A stretch of 63,689 bases of DNA, filler included, from Chiloscyllium plagiosum (GCF_004010195.1; 5 parts of one record of this genome joined end to end with filler, not necessarily neighbours in it), one strand, 5' to 3'. Counted from the whole stretch's first letter, positions 49,930 to 61,752 are shown. Notes: a model not told the origin generated them from the sequence alone. Numbers and translations: made by a program.

Positions 49930-51275
49930 CAACATTTATTGCCCGTCCCTAGTTGCCCCTTGAGAAGGTGGGGGTGAGCTGCCTTCTTGAACCGCTGCAG
50001 TCCATGTGCTGTGGGTTCACCCACAATGCCCTTCGGGAGGGAATTCCAGGATTTTGACCCAGTGACAGTGAAGGAACGGCGATATATTTCCAAGTCAGGA
50101 TGGGGAGTGGCTTGGAGGGGAACTTGCAGGGTGTGGTGTTCCCATGTACCTGCTGCCCCTGTCCTTCTAGATGGAAGTGGTCATGTTTGGAAGGAACTGC
50201 CTGAGGATCTTTGGTGAATTTCTGCAGTGCATCTTGTAGATGGTACACACTGCTGCTACTGAGCGATGGTGCTGGAGGGTGTGGATGCTTGTAGATGTGG
50301 TGCCATTCAAACGGCTGCTTTGTCCTGGATGGTGTTGAGCTTCTTGAGTGTAGTTGGAGCTGCCCCCATCCAGGGCAAGTGGGGAGTATTCCATCACATT
50401 CCTGACTTGTGCCTTGTAGATGGTGGACAGGCTTTGGGGAGTCAGGAGGTGAGTTACACATTGCAGGATACCCAGCCTCTGACCTGCTCTTGTAGCTGCT
50501 GTAGGCAAAAGTGAGGACTGCAGATGCTGGAAACCAGAGTCTAGATCAGAGTGGTGCTGGAAAAGCACAGCAGGTCAGGCAGCATCCGAGGAGCAGGAAA
50601 ATCGATGTTTTGGGCAAAAGCCTTCCTGATGAAGGGCTCCTGCCGAAATGTTGATTTTCCTGCTCCTCGGATGCTGCCTGACCTGCTGTGTTTTTCCAGC
50701 ACCACTCTGATCTAGACTCTTGTTGCTCCTGCGTTCACTGGTGAGTCCAGTTGAGTTTCTGGTTAATGATAACCCCCCAGAGGTTGATAGTGGAGGATTT
50801 AGTGATGGGAACACCACTGAATGTCAAGGGGTCTGGATTAGATTGTCTCTTAGTGGTAATGCTCATTGCCTGGCATTTGTGTGGTGTGAATGTTACTTGC
50901 CACTTGTCAGCCCAAGCCTGGATATTGTCCAGATCTTTTTGCATTTGAACATTAACCTGCTTCAGTACCTGAGGGGTGATGAATGGTGCTGAACATTGTG
51001 TGTAATCATTGGTGAACATCTCCATTCCTGACCTTCTGATGGAGGGAAGGTCATTGATGAAGCAGCTGAAGATGGTTGGGCCCAGGACACTATCCTGAGG
51101 AACTCCTGCAGAAATGTCCTGGAGCTGAGATGACTGACCTCCAACAACCACAGCCATCTTCCTATGTGTCAGCTATGACCCCAACCAGCGGGGAGTTTGA
51201 CCCGATACCCACTGATTCCTGTTTAGCCAGGGCTCCTTGATGCCACACTCTGTCAAATACAGCCCTGATGTCAAG
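49930..51275 (-). mobile_element. CR1-clade LINE 3' portion (second family)
   Basis: AGVPQDSVLGPTIFSCFINDLPS, WADKWQVTF and IYKAQVRNVMEYSP motifs. Related copies at 57175-58518 (-), 21830-22170 (-), 23330-24160 (+) and 62530-62840 (+). Confidence 0.85.
50503..50715. mobile_element. Short palindromic PLE LTR element inserted into a LINE
   Basis: Head-to-head arms centred on two partial hammerhead cores (CUGAUGAAGGGC..GCCGAAA at 50626-50648). Imperfect TSD ctcttgtagctgctg / ctcttgttgctcctg. Confidence 0.7.
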
Positions 51276-51914
51276 GGCAACTAGGGACAGACAATAAAAT
51301 ACTGGCCAGACAGCAACGCCCAATCCTAAGAGTGAATAAAAAAGAGGAGAACAATTCCAAAATCTGTCCAATCTCCTTTTATGACAAACTCTCCAGCCCA
51401 GGCAGCACCCTCTGCCCCCTCCTGAGGTAAATCTCCCTCTGCCCCCTCCCGAGGTAAATCTCCCTCTGCCTCCTCCCGAGTGCTACCACATCTCTTCTAT
51501 AATGTGGATTCCAGAACTGCACACAATATTCTCACTGTAACCTGACTGATGTTTTACACTGTTCCAACATCACCTCCTGGCTCTTCAACTCTGTGTCTCG
51601 GCTACTAAAACCAACGAGACTAAATACCTTCTCAACCCTTGTATCAACCTGTCCTGATACCTCCAGGGACCAGGGTACATACACACCACAGTCGCTCTGA
51701 TCCTCTGTGCTTCCCAGGGTCCTCCCATTCATCGTGTATTCCCCCGCCTTGTTTATCCTGTCCAAGGGCATCTCCTCACATTTATCACATGTATAAAAAA
51801 TTAGTGGGAAGGAAAAGTTCCACCTGATGTTGCCCGGTCCCAAAAAGATCAGGAATCTGGGATTCTTCTCTACTCTTCATCCGGGCACCCCTTAGAGTTC
51901 ACCCCCTTGACCAA

Positions 51915-52598
51915 GCTTTGCAGGGGTCTGTGTTGGGACCAGAGCGATTCACATTATACATTAACAGTCTGGACGGAGGAACTGAGGGCACTGTTGCTCA
52001 GTTTACAGATGACACAAGGGTAGGTGGAGGGACAGATAGTGGTGAGGAAGTGGGGAGGCTACTGAAGGACTGGGACAGGCTGGGAGAGTGGGAAAGGAAG
52101 TGGCAGATGGAATACAATGTGGGAAAGTGTGAGGTTATGCCCTTTGGTAGGAAGAATAGAGGCGCAGACTATTTTCTAAACACTGAAAGGCTTCAGAAAT
52201 CCAAAGCACAAAGGGACTTGGGAGTCCCAGTTCAGGATTCTCTGAAGGTGAACATGCAGGTTTAGGTGGCAGTTTGGAGGGCAGATGCAATGTAAGCATT
52301 CATTTCAAGAGGGCTGGAATACAAGAGCGAGCTGTACTGCTGAGGCTGTATAAGGCTCTGGTCAGACCACATTCAGAATCTTGTGAACAGTTTTGGGCCC
52401 CGTATCTAAGGAAGGATGTGCTGGTCTTGGAGGGGGGGGCCAGAGGAAGTTTACAGGAATGATCCCAGGGATGAAGGGATTGTCATTGAAGACTCTGTAT
52501 GTAATGAAGTTTAGTAGGATAAGGGGGGGATCTAGCCAAAACTTCCAGAATACTGCGAGGCCTGGATAGAGAGGACGTGGAGAAGATGTTTCCACCAG
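51915..52598 (+). mobile_element. CR1 LINE RT fragment
   Basis: QGSVLGP, QFTDDTRVGG, KWQMEYNVGKCEV and LYKALVRPH motifs. Confidence 0.85.
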
Positions 52599-52599
52599 G

Positions 52600-53745
52600 A
52601 GGAGCAGAAAATGTGTTGCTGGAAAAGCGCAGCAGGTCAGGCAGCATCCAGGGAACAGGAGAATCGACGTTTCGGGCATTAGCCCTTCTTCAGGAATGTG
52701 GAAAGTTTGTCCAGTAGGCTAAGATAAAAGGTAGGGAGGAGGGACTTGGAGGAGGGGCGTCGGAAATGTGATAGGTGGAAAGAGGTCAAGGTGAGGGTGA
52801 TAGGTCGGAGTAGGGTGGAGGCGGAGAGGTCAAGAAGAAGACTGCAGGTCAGGAGGGCGGTGCCGGGCTGGAGGGATCCGGCTGAGACAATGTGGGGGGA
52901 GGGGGGATGAAGAAACTGGTGAAGTCCAAGTTCATCCCCTGTGGTTGGAGGGTTCCCAGTCGGAAGATAAGACGCTCCTCCTCCGACCGTCGGGTTGTTG
53001 TGGTTTGGCGGTGGATGAGTCCAATGACCTGCATATCCTCGGTGGAGTGGGAGGGGGAGTTGAAATGCTGTGCCACAGGTTGGTTGGGTTGGTTCGTCCG
53101 GGTGGCCCAGAGGTGCTCTCTGAATCGCTCCGCAAGTAGGCGGCCTGTCTCCCCAATATAGAGGAGGCCACACCGGCTGCAGCGGATGCAGTAGATGATG
53201 TGGGTGGAGGTGCAGGTGAATCTGTGGCGGATATGGGAGTTTCCTTTTGGGCCTTGGAGAGGAGTGAGGGGGGAGGTGTGGGCGCAAGTGTTGCACCTCC
53301 TGCGGTTGCAAGGGAAGGTGCCGGGAGTGGTGGTTGGGTCGGTGGGGGGTGTGGATCTGACAAGGGAGTCGCGGAGGGAGTGGTCTCTACGGAAAGCTGA
53401 TAGGGGAGGGGAGGGAAATATATCCTTGGTGCTGGGTCTGTTTGGAGGTGGCGGAAGTGACGGCGGATGATGGGCTGTACATGGAGATTGGTGGGGTGGT
53501 AGGTGGGGGCCAGTGGGGTTCTGTCCTGGTGGCGGTTGGAGGGGCGGGGCTCAAGGGCGGAGGAGCGGGAAGTGGAGGAGATGCAGTGGAGAGCATCGTT
53601 TACCACGTCTGTGGGGAAACTGCGGTCCTTGAAGAAGGAGGCCATCTGGGTTGTACGGTTTTGGAACTGGTCCTCCTGGGAGCAGATGCGGCGGAGACGA
53701 AGGAATTGGGAGAATGGGATGGTGTTTTTACAGGGGGCAGGATGG
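52600..53745 (-). mobile_element. Penelope-like element 3' portion (thumb/linker, GIY-YIG, hammerhead-bearing terminal repeat)
   Basis: MASFFKDRSFP..., LAPTYHPTN, CSRCGLLYIGETGR-type motif, and AQHFNSPSHS...EERLIFRLGTLQPQGMN. Frameshifted. Confidence 0.88.
52666..52693 (-). ncRNA. Minimal hammerhead ribozyme core at the 3' end of a Penelope element
   Basis: Minus strand CUGAAGA-A-GGGC(UAAU)GCCC-GAAAC-GUC: intact core, about 220 nt downstream of the GIY-YIG C-terminus. Helix I has only about 2 obvious base pairs. Confidence 0.65.
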
Positions 53746-54584
53746 GATAGATCCCGTCCGGTCCTGGGGATTTGTCCACCTTAGTAACCTCTAGCCTACC
53801 CAACACATCTTCCCTACTTGTGCCAATGTGATCCAGACTAATCAAACTGTTATCTCTAATCTCAACACTCATCATGTCCCTCTCCTCAGTGAACACTGAT
53901 GCAGAGTGATCATTCAGAATCTCACCCATTCTCTCAGGTTCGACACACGGCCTTCCTTCATCATCCTTTAGTGGACCAATCCTTTCTCTAATTACCCGCT
54001 TGCTTCTTATATAAGAATAAAATGCTTTGGGATTCTCCTTAATTCTGCTTGCTAAAGCTATTTCATGACCCCTTTTAGCCCGCTTGATCCTTGTTTAAGA
54101 CTTGTCCTACTCTTCCGCTATTCCTCTAGATATTGGGTTCCTGATTAGTTGGGATCAGGGGTTACATGTCAGCCATGATTGAATGGTGGAGCAGACTTGA
54201 TGGGCTGAATGGCCTAATTTCTGCTTCAGTATCGAATGGTCTTATGCAGCTCCGTGTCATATTCTGTTTGATAATTGCTCCCATGAGGCGCTTTATGAAT
54301 GCAGCTTGCTGTTGTTTTTCAGCCTTCCCACAGGGTCTAGCAGGGACTGGGAGAGTTTAGAACCCTTGATATTCAGCAGGCAGTGGGAACCAGCACTTCC
54401 TGCTCTGTACAGAGCCCAGTCCCTCTCCCTGTGGACACTGTCAGTGTGAGAGCCAGGGATTTGGGAGGGAGGGGGCAGTTTATTTAGAGATAAGTCGCTG
54501 AATGAAAGCTGGGTACAATAAGAGGCAGTCTGTAATCAGGGAGTGGCCACAGGAAGCTTGAGATGCCCTTCTCTCTGAAATCTG

Positions 54585-54920
54585 AATCATAGAATCCCTA
54601 CCGTGTGGAAACAGGCCCTTCGGCCCAACAAGTCCATACCGACCCTTCGGAGAATAACCCACCCAGACCCATTCCCCATTACTTCACATTTACCCCTGAC
54701 TAATGCACCTCGCCTACACATCCCTGAACACTATGGGCAATTTAGCATGGTCAATTCACCTATTCACCTAACCTGGACAGGTATGGACTATGGGAAGGAC
54801 CCACACAGACACAGGGAGAATGTGCAAACTCCACACAGTCAGTCGCCCGAGGCTGGGATTGAACCTGGGTCCCTGATGCTGTGAGGCAGCAGTGCTAACC
54901 ACTGAGCCATTGGACCACCC
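54585..54920 (-). mobile_element. HE1-type V-SINE
   Basis: Reverse complement of the HE1 head, V-domain and tail. Another internally deleted minus copy lies at about 38558-38782. Confidence 0.85.
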
Positions 54921-55695
54921 TAAATGGAAGAGCAGGGAATGTAGTTATCCAGAGGATGTAGTCGGTGTGAATTTGGATAGAAATTTGTCTCTGTGTTGAT
55001 AACCAATTTACTGACCCACTGAGTGGAAAGGCTTAGGTGTTTACTGACAGTGCCAGGAGTTAGCAGAGGGACAGGGGGTGACCGCATTGTACCCCAGTGC
55101 AGCAGCTATATTACCAGGAGAGTCCTGTATCCCCCACTCTGTGTTAGATATCACATTAACTCAAAATAAAACATGGTTCCCCTCACATTTCTCGCACTGT
55201 ACTTTCAGGCCATTCAGCATCCCGTCAGTTCCCTGCTGGCCTTTTGAAAGAGCTATCTGGGATTCCCACTGCTCTGTTCCATAACCCCAAAAACTTCTCA
55301 ACCTCTTTTCCCAGTTCCCTTTTGGAAAGTTCCTGATGAATCTGCTCCCAGGTGCCCTTCAGGTAGCGTGTTCCAGAACACAACATCTCGCTGTGGGATA
55401 ACCAGTCAGCTCACCCCCACACAACCACCCAATCCAACCCAACCCCTGACTCCCCTCAGTCTGTCTTCCTCTGGTGCCTGCCCCTCCTGCCCCTGGGAAC
55501 ACTAACTCCTGAATTACTCCATTGTGACCCCTTCCACATCTGCATTAAACTCCCTTTGCTCTGTTCTGAGGAGAGTAATCTCAGCGTCTCTAAACTCTGC
55601 TTTAAGAAGCTGATCAATGACATTGATAATTATTAAATAATTAAATAACAATTAATTTTAGCCAAAGCTGCCCGGTCTGAATTGCTCTTACTCAC

Positions 55696-55710
55696 CGTTA
55701 AATGCTCCAT
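55696..55710 (-). CDS. TRPC2: TRPC2 probable first coding exon (MEHLT)
   Basis: Minus strand reads tcaaccATG GAG CAT TTA ACG|gtgagt: strong Kozak context and a consensus phase-0 donor. It joins in frame to the phase-0 exon at 49361 to give MEHLTEDNWKEI, resembling the recalled short mouse TRPC2 start MDPLSPNWTEI. Confidence 0.65.
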
Positions 55711-57174
55711 GGTTGAAGCTGTTTTGTTCTGGTGTCTCTTCCAGTCAGTTTAATCCTGTCCGATACTGCACCTCTGGGTGACACTGACTACCCCGTCACA
55801 CACACAGACACACACACAGACACAGACACACACAGACACAGACGGTGTCGCCTGTGTGGTCCCTGGTCAGAAAACCAGGGGCTGAGTGTCCATGCTGATG
55901 TGTTAGTTGTCTCTGTCTCCCTCACCCACCGCTCTGATGCCTGTGTTACATCGTCAGCATCATCTATGGGAGTTGTTCCCCGCCTGGCTGCTGCTGCTGG
56001 AACCTGTTGTCACGTTAACTACCCAGAGACTTCCCTCTTGCTCTGTAATTGGTGCTTGTACCTGCCCAATTCCCCACAGGGCACATTAATCCAGCCTTGG
56101 AAAATTCCAGAAGGATTCAGTAACGAGAAGTGATCCACTCATTAAAATCAGCACAAGAGTGTTCACAATTAAATCCAAAAGTGTTTTTCTGAGGCCTGTT
56201 TCTGACAGATCCTCTCAATCACTCACCAACTCCCAACTGTCCCCACCTTCCTCTGTCTCCTGCTCTCTGTCCCTCTTCCTGTCTTCTTTACCTGTCTCTC
56301 TCTCTCTCTCTGGTGTACACCCCTAGCTGTATGATTATCTGAGCTCATTGCTCACTCTACACCTTTGTCATCCAAGATCAAGATCTTTCTGTTTTTCTCT
56401 CTTGTTTTCCTCTCTTTCTCTCAGTATGTCTCACGTTTTCTTCCTTCCTCCCTCTCTCTCTCTCTCTCTCTGCCTTTCTCTCTCTCTCTCTCTTTGGTAC
56501 CTTGCTCTGTGATTGCTTTTCACTCTCCTAGTCTGACCTCAGTGGCAGGGAGTGATGGGTCCAGCCACTAATCACTGTCCAAATGAAGCCAATTTGGCAG
56601 AGGGAGATAGAGAGAATGGGAGAATTACTGAGCGAGTGAGAGAGAGAGAGAGAGAGGATATTCATTCCCAGAAAGAATGGGGGAAAAGAGAGCACCACAA
56701 CTCCTGAGAGTTTATTCTCTCTTTCTCTTGCCCTCTCTCTGTCTGTATTGGTGGCTGTGGCTCTTTACAATTTCCCCCTTGTGTCTCTGACCCCTCAGTA
56801 TTTGTTCTGATGATGAATGCTCCTTCTGCAGCCAGTTACCCGACGTGTCAACCTGACAAATGACGTGATGCTTGGACCTTTCCAACCCCCAGGGGCTCAA
56901 CTCTCCCTTGGAGATTGGAACATATAAACATGTTTTTTAATCAAATATTATTTACAGCAGCTATGTTGTGACTTTCAGAAGTGGAATAACAGGGTGTGAT
57001 ACATTCCGTTAGATGTGAGCTGGGGCAGGGGGACTGGGGGGGACTGCAGTGAGGTGCCCAGGATAGATGTTAGGACTAAGGTGTTAAATAAATGGACATT
57101 GAGGTGGTTCCTGCAGAGTCTCATTCCCATCTCTCTCTCCCAATCTGCCTCATGCTGAGGATTTTTAAAATTCA

Positions 57175-58518
57175 ATCATAGGATGTGGGAGTTGCTGGAT
57201 GGGTCAGTATTTATTACCCGCCTCTAGTTGCCCCTTGAGAAGTGGGGATGAGCTGCCTTCTTGACCCACTGTGGTCCATGTGCTGTGGGTTGACCCACAA
57301 TGCCCTGAGGGAGGGAATTCCAACAATATTGAAGGAGCAGCGATATATTTCCAAGTCAGGATGGTGTGTGGCTTGGAGGGGAACTTGCGGGGGGTGGTGT
57401 TCCCATGTACCTGCTCCCCCTGTCCTTCTAGATGGAAATGGCCATGGGTTTGGAAGATACTGCCTGAGAATCTTGAGCATTGGTGGTGGAGGGAGTGGGT
57501 GTTTGTGGATGTGGTGCTAATTAAGTGGGTTACTTTGTCCTGGATGGTATTGAGCTTCTTGAGTGTTGTTGGAGCTGCTCCCACCCAGGGCAAGAGGGGA
57601 GTATTCCATCCCACTCCTGACCTGTGCTTTGTAGGTGGTGAACAGGCTTTGGGGAGTCAGGAGGGGAGTTACTCACTGCAGGATTCCTCGCCTCTGACCT
57701 GCTCTGATGGTCATGGTATCAATGCAGCTAGTTCTGGTCAACAGGATGTTGATGGGCAGGGGGGGGGGGGGGGGATTCAGAGATGGTGATGATGCCATTT
57801 ACTGTTAAAGGGCAGTGGTTAGATTCTCTCTTATTGGTGTTGGTCATTGCCTGGCAATTGTGTGGGGTGAATGTTACTAATCACCTGTCAGCCCAAACCT
57901 GGATATTGTCCAGATCTTGTTACATTTGGACATGGACTGCTTCAGTATCTGAGGAGTCAGCAATGGTCCAACCATCAGTTAGCAGCTGTACTCCTGACCC
58001 TCTGATGGAGGGAAGGTCATTGATGAAGCAGCTGAAGATGGTTGGGCCCAGGACACTACCCTGAGGAACTCCTGCAGAAATGTCCTGGAGCTGAGGTGAC
58101 TGACCTCCAACAACCACAACCATCTCCTTAATGTGTCAGGTATGACTCTAACCAGCGGAGAGTTTGCCCCCTGATACCTATTGATTCCAGTGTTGCCAGG
58201 GCTCCTTGATGCCACACTCAGTTGAATGTAGCCTTGATGTCAAGGGCTGTCCCTCTCCCCTCCCCTCCCCTCTAGAATTCAGTTCTTTTGTCCATGTTTG
58301 ACCCAAGGCTGGAATGAGGTCAGGAGCTGAGTGGTCCTGGGGGAACCCAAACTGGGCGTCACTGAGCAGGTTATTGCTGAGCAGGTGCTGCTGGATAGCC
58401 CTGTTGGTGGCACCTTCCATCACTTTACTCATGATCGTGAGGAGACTGATGGGGTGGTAATGGGTTGGATTTGTCCTGCTATTTATATACAGGACATACC
58501 TGGATAATTTTCCACATT
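57175..58518 (-). mobile_element. CR1-clade LINE 3' portion (second family)
   Basis: [23 protein letters not shown] and LLSDAQFGF motifs. Confidence 0.85.
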
Positions 58519-58618
58519 NNNNNNNNNNNNNNNNNNNNNNNNNNNNNNNNNNNNNNNNNNNNTTAATTAATTAANNNNNNNNNNNNNNNNNNNNNNNNNN
58601 NNNNNNNNNNNNNNNNNN
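58519..58618. other. Artificial scaffold linker
   Basis: 44 N + TTAATTAATTAA + 44 N. Confidence 0.95.
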
Positions 58619-58816
58619 GTGCTGAGGGAGTGCCACACTGTCGGAGGGTCAGTGCTGAGGGAGTGCCACACTGTCAAAGGGTCAGTGCTGAGGGTGTTCC
58701 GCACCGTCGGAGGGTCAGTGCTGAGGGAGAGCCGCACTGTCGGAGGGTCAGTGCTGAGGGAGTGCTGTCCTGTCGGAGGGTCAGTGCTGAGGGAGCGCCA
58801 CACTGTCAGTGGGTCA
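58619..58816. repeat. 33-bp minisatellite, about 6 copies, at segment start
   Basis: Same unit as 39805-40156. Confidence 0.9.
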
Positions 58817-58821
58817 GAGGG

Positions 58822-58990
58822 AGAGTTGAAAAGTGTGGTGCTGGAAAAGCACAGCCGGTCAGGCAGCATCCAAGGAGCAGGAGAGTTGACGTTTCGGGCA
58901 TAGACCCTCCATCAGGAATCTGATGTGCTGCTGTGCTTTTTCAGCAACACACATCTTGCCTCTGACTCTCCAGCATCGGCAGTCCTCCCT
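58822..58990. mobile_element. Short PLE LTR-derived fold-back element
   Basis: Same family as the 52600-52700 repeat. Minus-strand core CUGAUGG-A-GGGU(CUAU)GCCC-GAAACGUC at 58888-58915 (A9G variant). Confidence 0.65.
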
Positions 58991-59059
58991 ATCTCCCGGG
59001 GACTAAGGGGCAGTTTACCAGGATGTCACCTGGGCTGCAGAGTTTCAGCTAATGGAGTG

Positions 59060-60015
59060 GACAGACTGGAGCAGTTTTCCTGGGGTCAGAGGTCACACAA
59101 TACCAACAAGTGTATTTGAAGTCACAAGCTTTCGGAGCAGTGCTGCTTCATCGGGTGGTGAGAGGGAAGATCCCAGCCACAGCATCGATAATCAGAGAGA
59201 TCACCGTGGAGTGCAAATGGAGTCAGTGTCGTGTTGATAAGGTGAACAATCCCTGCAGCTGATCGAGAGTGTCAGACCGTGTGAGTAAAGTGTCAACAGC
59301 TGATTAATGACAGAAGGGATGACCGAGAAACCGATTGATTGAGGCGGAGATCATTACAAAACATTAAAAATAAGGTGGTGTTGGAGCTAAACTAAGTGAC
59401 TGGAATAACGTGTCAGGTATAAGAGTCACAGGCCGAGGGTCTAATCAAAGTAACGAGTAACCGTACAAACTTACAAATTTATCAAAGGTGATGGTGTCAA
59501 AAAAGGATGATAAGGCAGATGTTACAGATACAGAACAGTACGTAGTGTGACATGAACCCCAGGTCAAGGTGAGGCTGTACCCATGAAGACACCATTTGGT
59601 TAGACCCTCGGCCTGTGACTCTTACACCTCATGTGTTATTCCAGTCGTTTAATTTATCTCCAGCACCACCTTATTTTTAATCTTTTGTAATTATCTCTCT
59701 GCCTCAATTACTAGGATTATAGGTCATCCCTTCACTAGTTAATCAGCTGTTGACACTTTACTCACACGGTCTGACACTCTTGATCAGCTGCAGGGATTGT
59801 TCACCTTATCAACACTCACTCACTCCATTGGTGCAGCCCTCTGATCTCTCTGCCTTTAAGGTCTGTGCTTCCCTCTCACTTCCCCTGATGAAGGAGCAGC
59901 TCTCCGAAACTTCAGGGTTTCAGATAAACCTGTTGGACTATAGCCTGGTCTCATGTGACCCCTGAGCTTGTCCACCCTAGTCCACCCCAGTCCAACCCCG
60001 ACACCTCCACATCAT
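59060..60015. mobile_element. Penelope-derived inverted-repeat element with two hammerhead-like cores
   Basis: About 59090-59450 is the imperfect reverse complement of about 59595-59965. Cores at 59885-59913 (+, CUGAUGA-A-GGAG..CUCC-GAAA) and about 59126-59154 (-, CCGAUGA variant). The spacer has a DLGFMSH-like GIY-YIG tail on the minus strand. Confidence 0.75.
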
Positions 60016-61752
60016 GTTTTATTTAGAGCAGAGGAGGAGTGGAGATGTGCCTGAGATGTATAAAATAATGAGGGACATAGACAGGGGAGACAGAGTGAAT
60101 GTTTCCCCTTGAGGGAGAGGTCAGTGACCGGGGGGCGTGGATTTAAAGTAAGGGGCAAGAGGGTTTGGGGGGATGTGAGAACAAACTTTTGTTCACCCAG
60201 AGGGTGGTGGGAATGTGGGATTTACTGCCTGTGAGGGTGGGAGAGGCAGAAACCCTCAAACATTGAGGAAGTGTTTAGCTGGGCTCTGGTCATGTCAATG
60301 CAATGGGCCAAGTATGGGAGAAATGAGTAGAGAGCAGTAAGCTGGTCTGGACTTGATGGGCAGAAAGGCCTTTCTCTGTGCTGTGCATCTGGATGAGTCT
60401 CTGACTCTTTGAGTTCAGTGAATACCCTTCCAGGGGTCTGTGCCTAGCTGTCGAATATTCTTGCTTTTATCCGAGTGGCTGATCTGTGACAGTTTGGGTG
60501 TGGGAAGGTCTTTTCATCCTGAATCCACACGGGTATCTCTGTGCTGAACTATCCCGGGGCCAGTGGCAGCATCTATATGTCAAGGAGACTGCTCTGTTGA
60601 TCCATCAATGAGATCCTGAAATCAGGAATTCCTCATTGGTTCCAGCCCCACTGGGAGATTGCAATCAGCTGTTAGTCCCAGCACTGACTCCCTGACCTCT
60701 GTCAGAACATAAGAGTATAAGGACCAGAAGCACAAGGAGGCCATTCGGCCCTTCGACCCTGCCCCACCATTCAATAAGATCATGGCTGATGGTGTTGTGG
60801 CCTCAGCTCCCCTTACCCGCCCTCTCACCATAACCTTTAATTCCTTTACTGTTCAAAGCTCAACCTTTGCCTTAAAGCTGTTCAATGAGGTCGCCCCGAC
60901 TGGGCAGGCAGTTTCTCAGGTTCACAACCGTGTGGGTGAATACATTCTTCCTTGGCTCAGGCCATCTCTCTGCTGTTCCCGGTGGGGGGGGATGTTCTGG
61001 TCCTTCACTCGATGGTGGTCTTTCCAATTTCATTCCTTCCTGCCGCTTTGATAAACCTGACTGACTTCTTTTCAGAATTATCTCCCGTTGCTGTGGGTCT
61101 GGAGTCACATGTAGGCCAGACCAGGTAAGGATGGACATACTGAACCCGATGGGTTTTTAATGTGATTGCCACTAGACTAGACTTTATAAAATTGCTAGTT
61201 ATGTCTCTGCCAGCAGACAGGGTGGGATTTGATCTGTGACTTGGTCTGTGTTAGGCTATAGTTCTGGGTCATTAACCCCTACGGCATTATCACTGCACCA
61301 TTACCTCCCTTTAATTCCTCACCGCTCCTCTGATGCTTTCTGTTAAATGGTGTCAGTTCTGACAGACTGCGTAAGGAGACAGTCAGTCAAAGCAGGAGAT
61401 GACAATCACCAGATCTCTCTGACTCACTGTCTGCGTCTCCCACTCTCTGTCCTAGCTGGGTGTCAGACAGGGGGAAGGCTTTTTAAAGGGGCAACAATCT
61501 GAGCATGTTCAAAAAGATCAAAATCCTACAGATGCTGGAAATCCGAAACCAAGACAGAATGTACTGGAGAAACTCAGCAGGTCTGGTGGAGAGAGAGAAA
61601 CACAACTACCATCTTGATTCCTGAGTGAGTCTCCCCTCACTGCAGGGGCACCCTCACACCAACACCTAATCCATTCCCAATACCCCAACACGGGGTAATA
61701 CGTACAGCCCAGAACTCTGTCCCTCCATCAGAACTCTCACCTCAGGCCTTTG

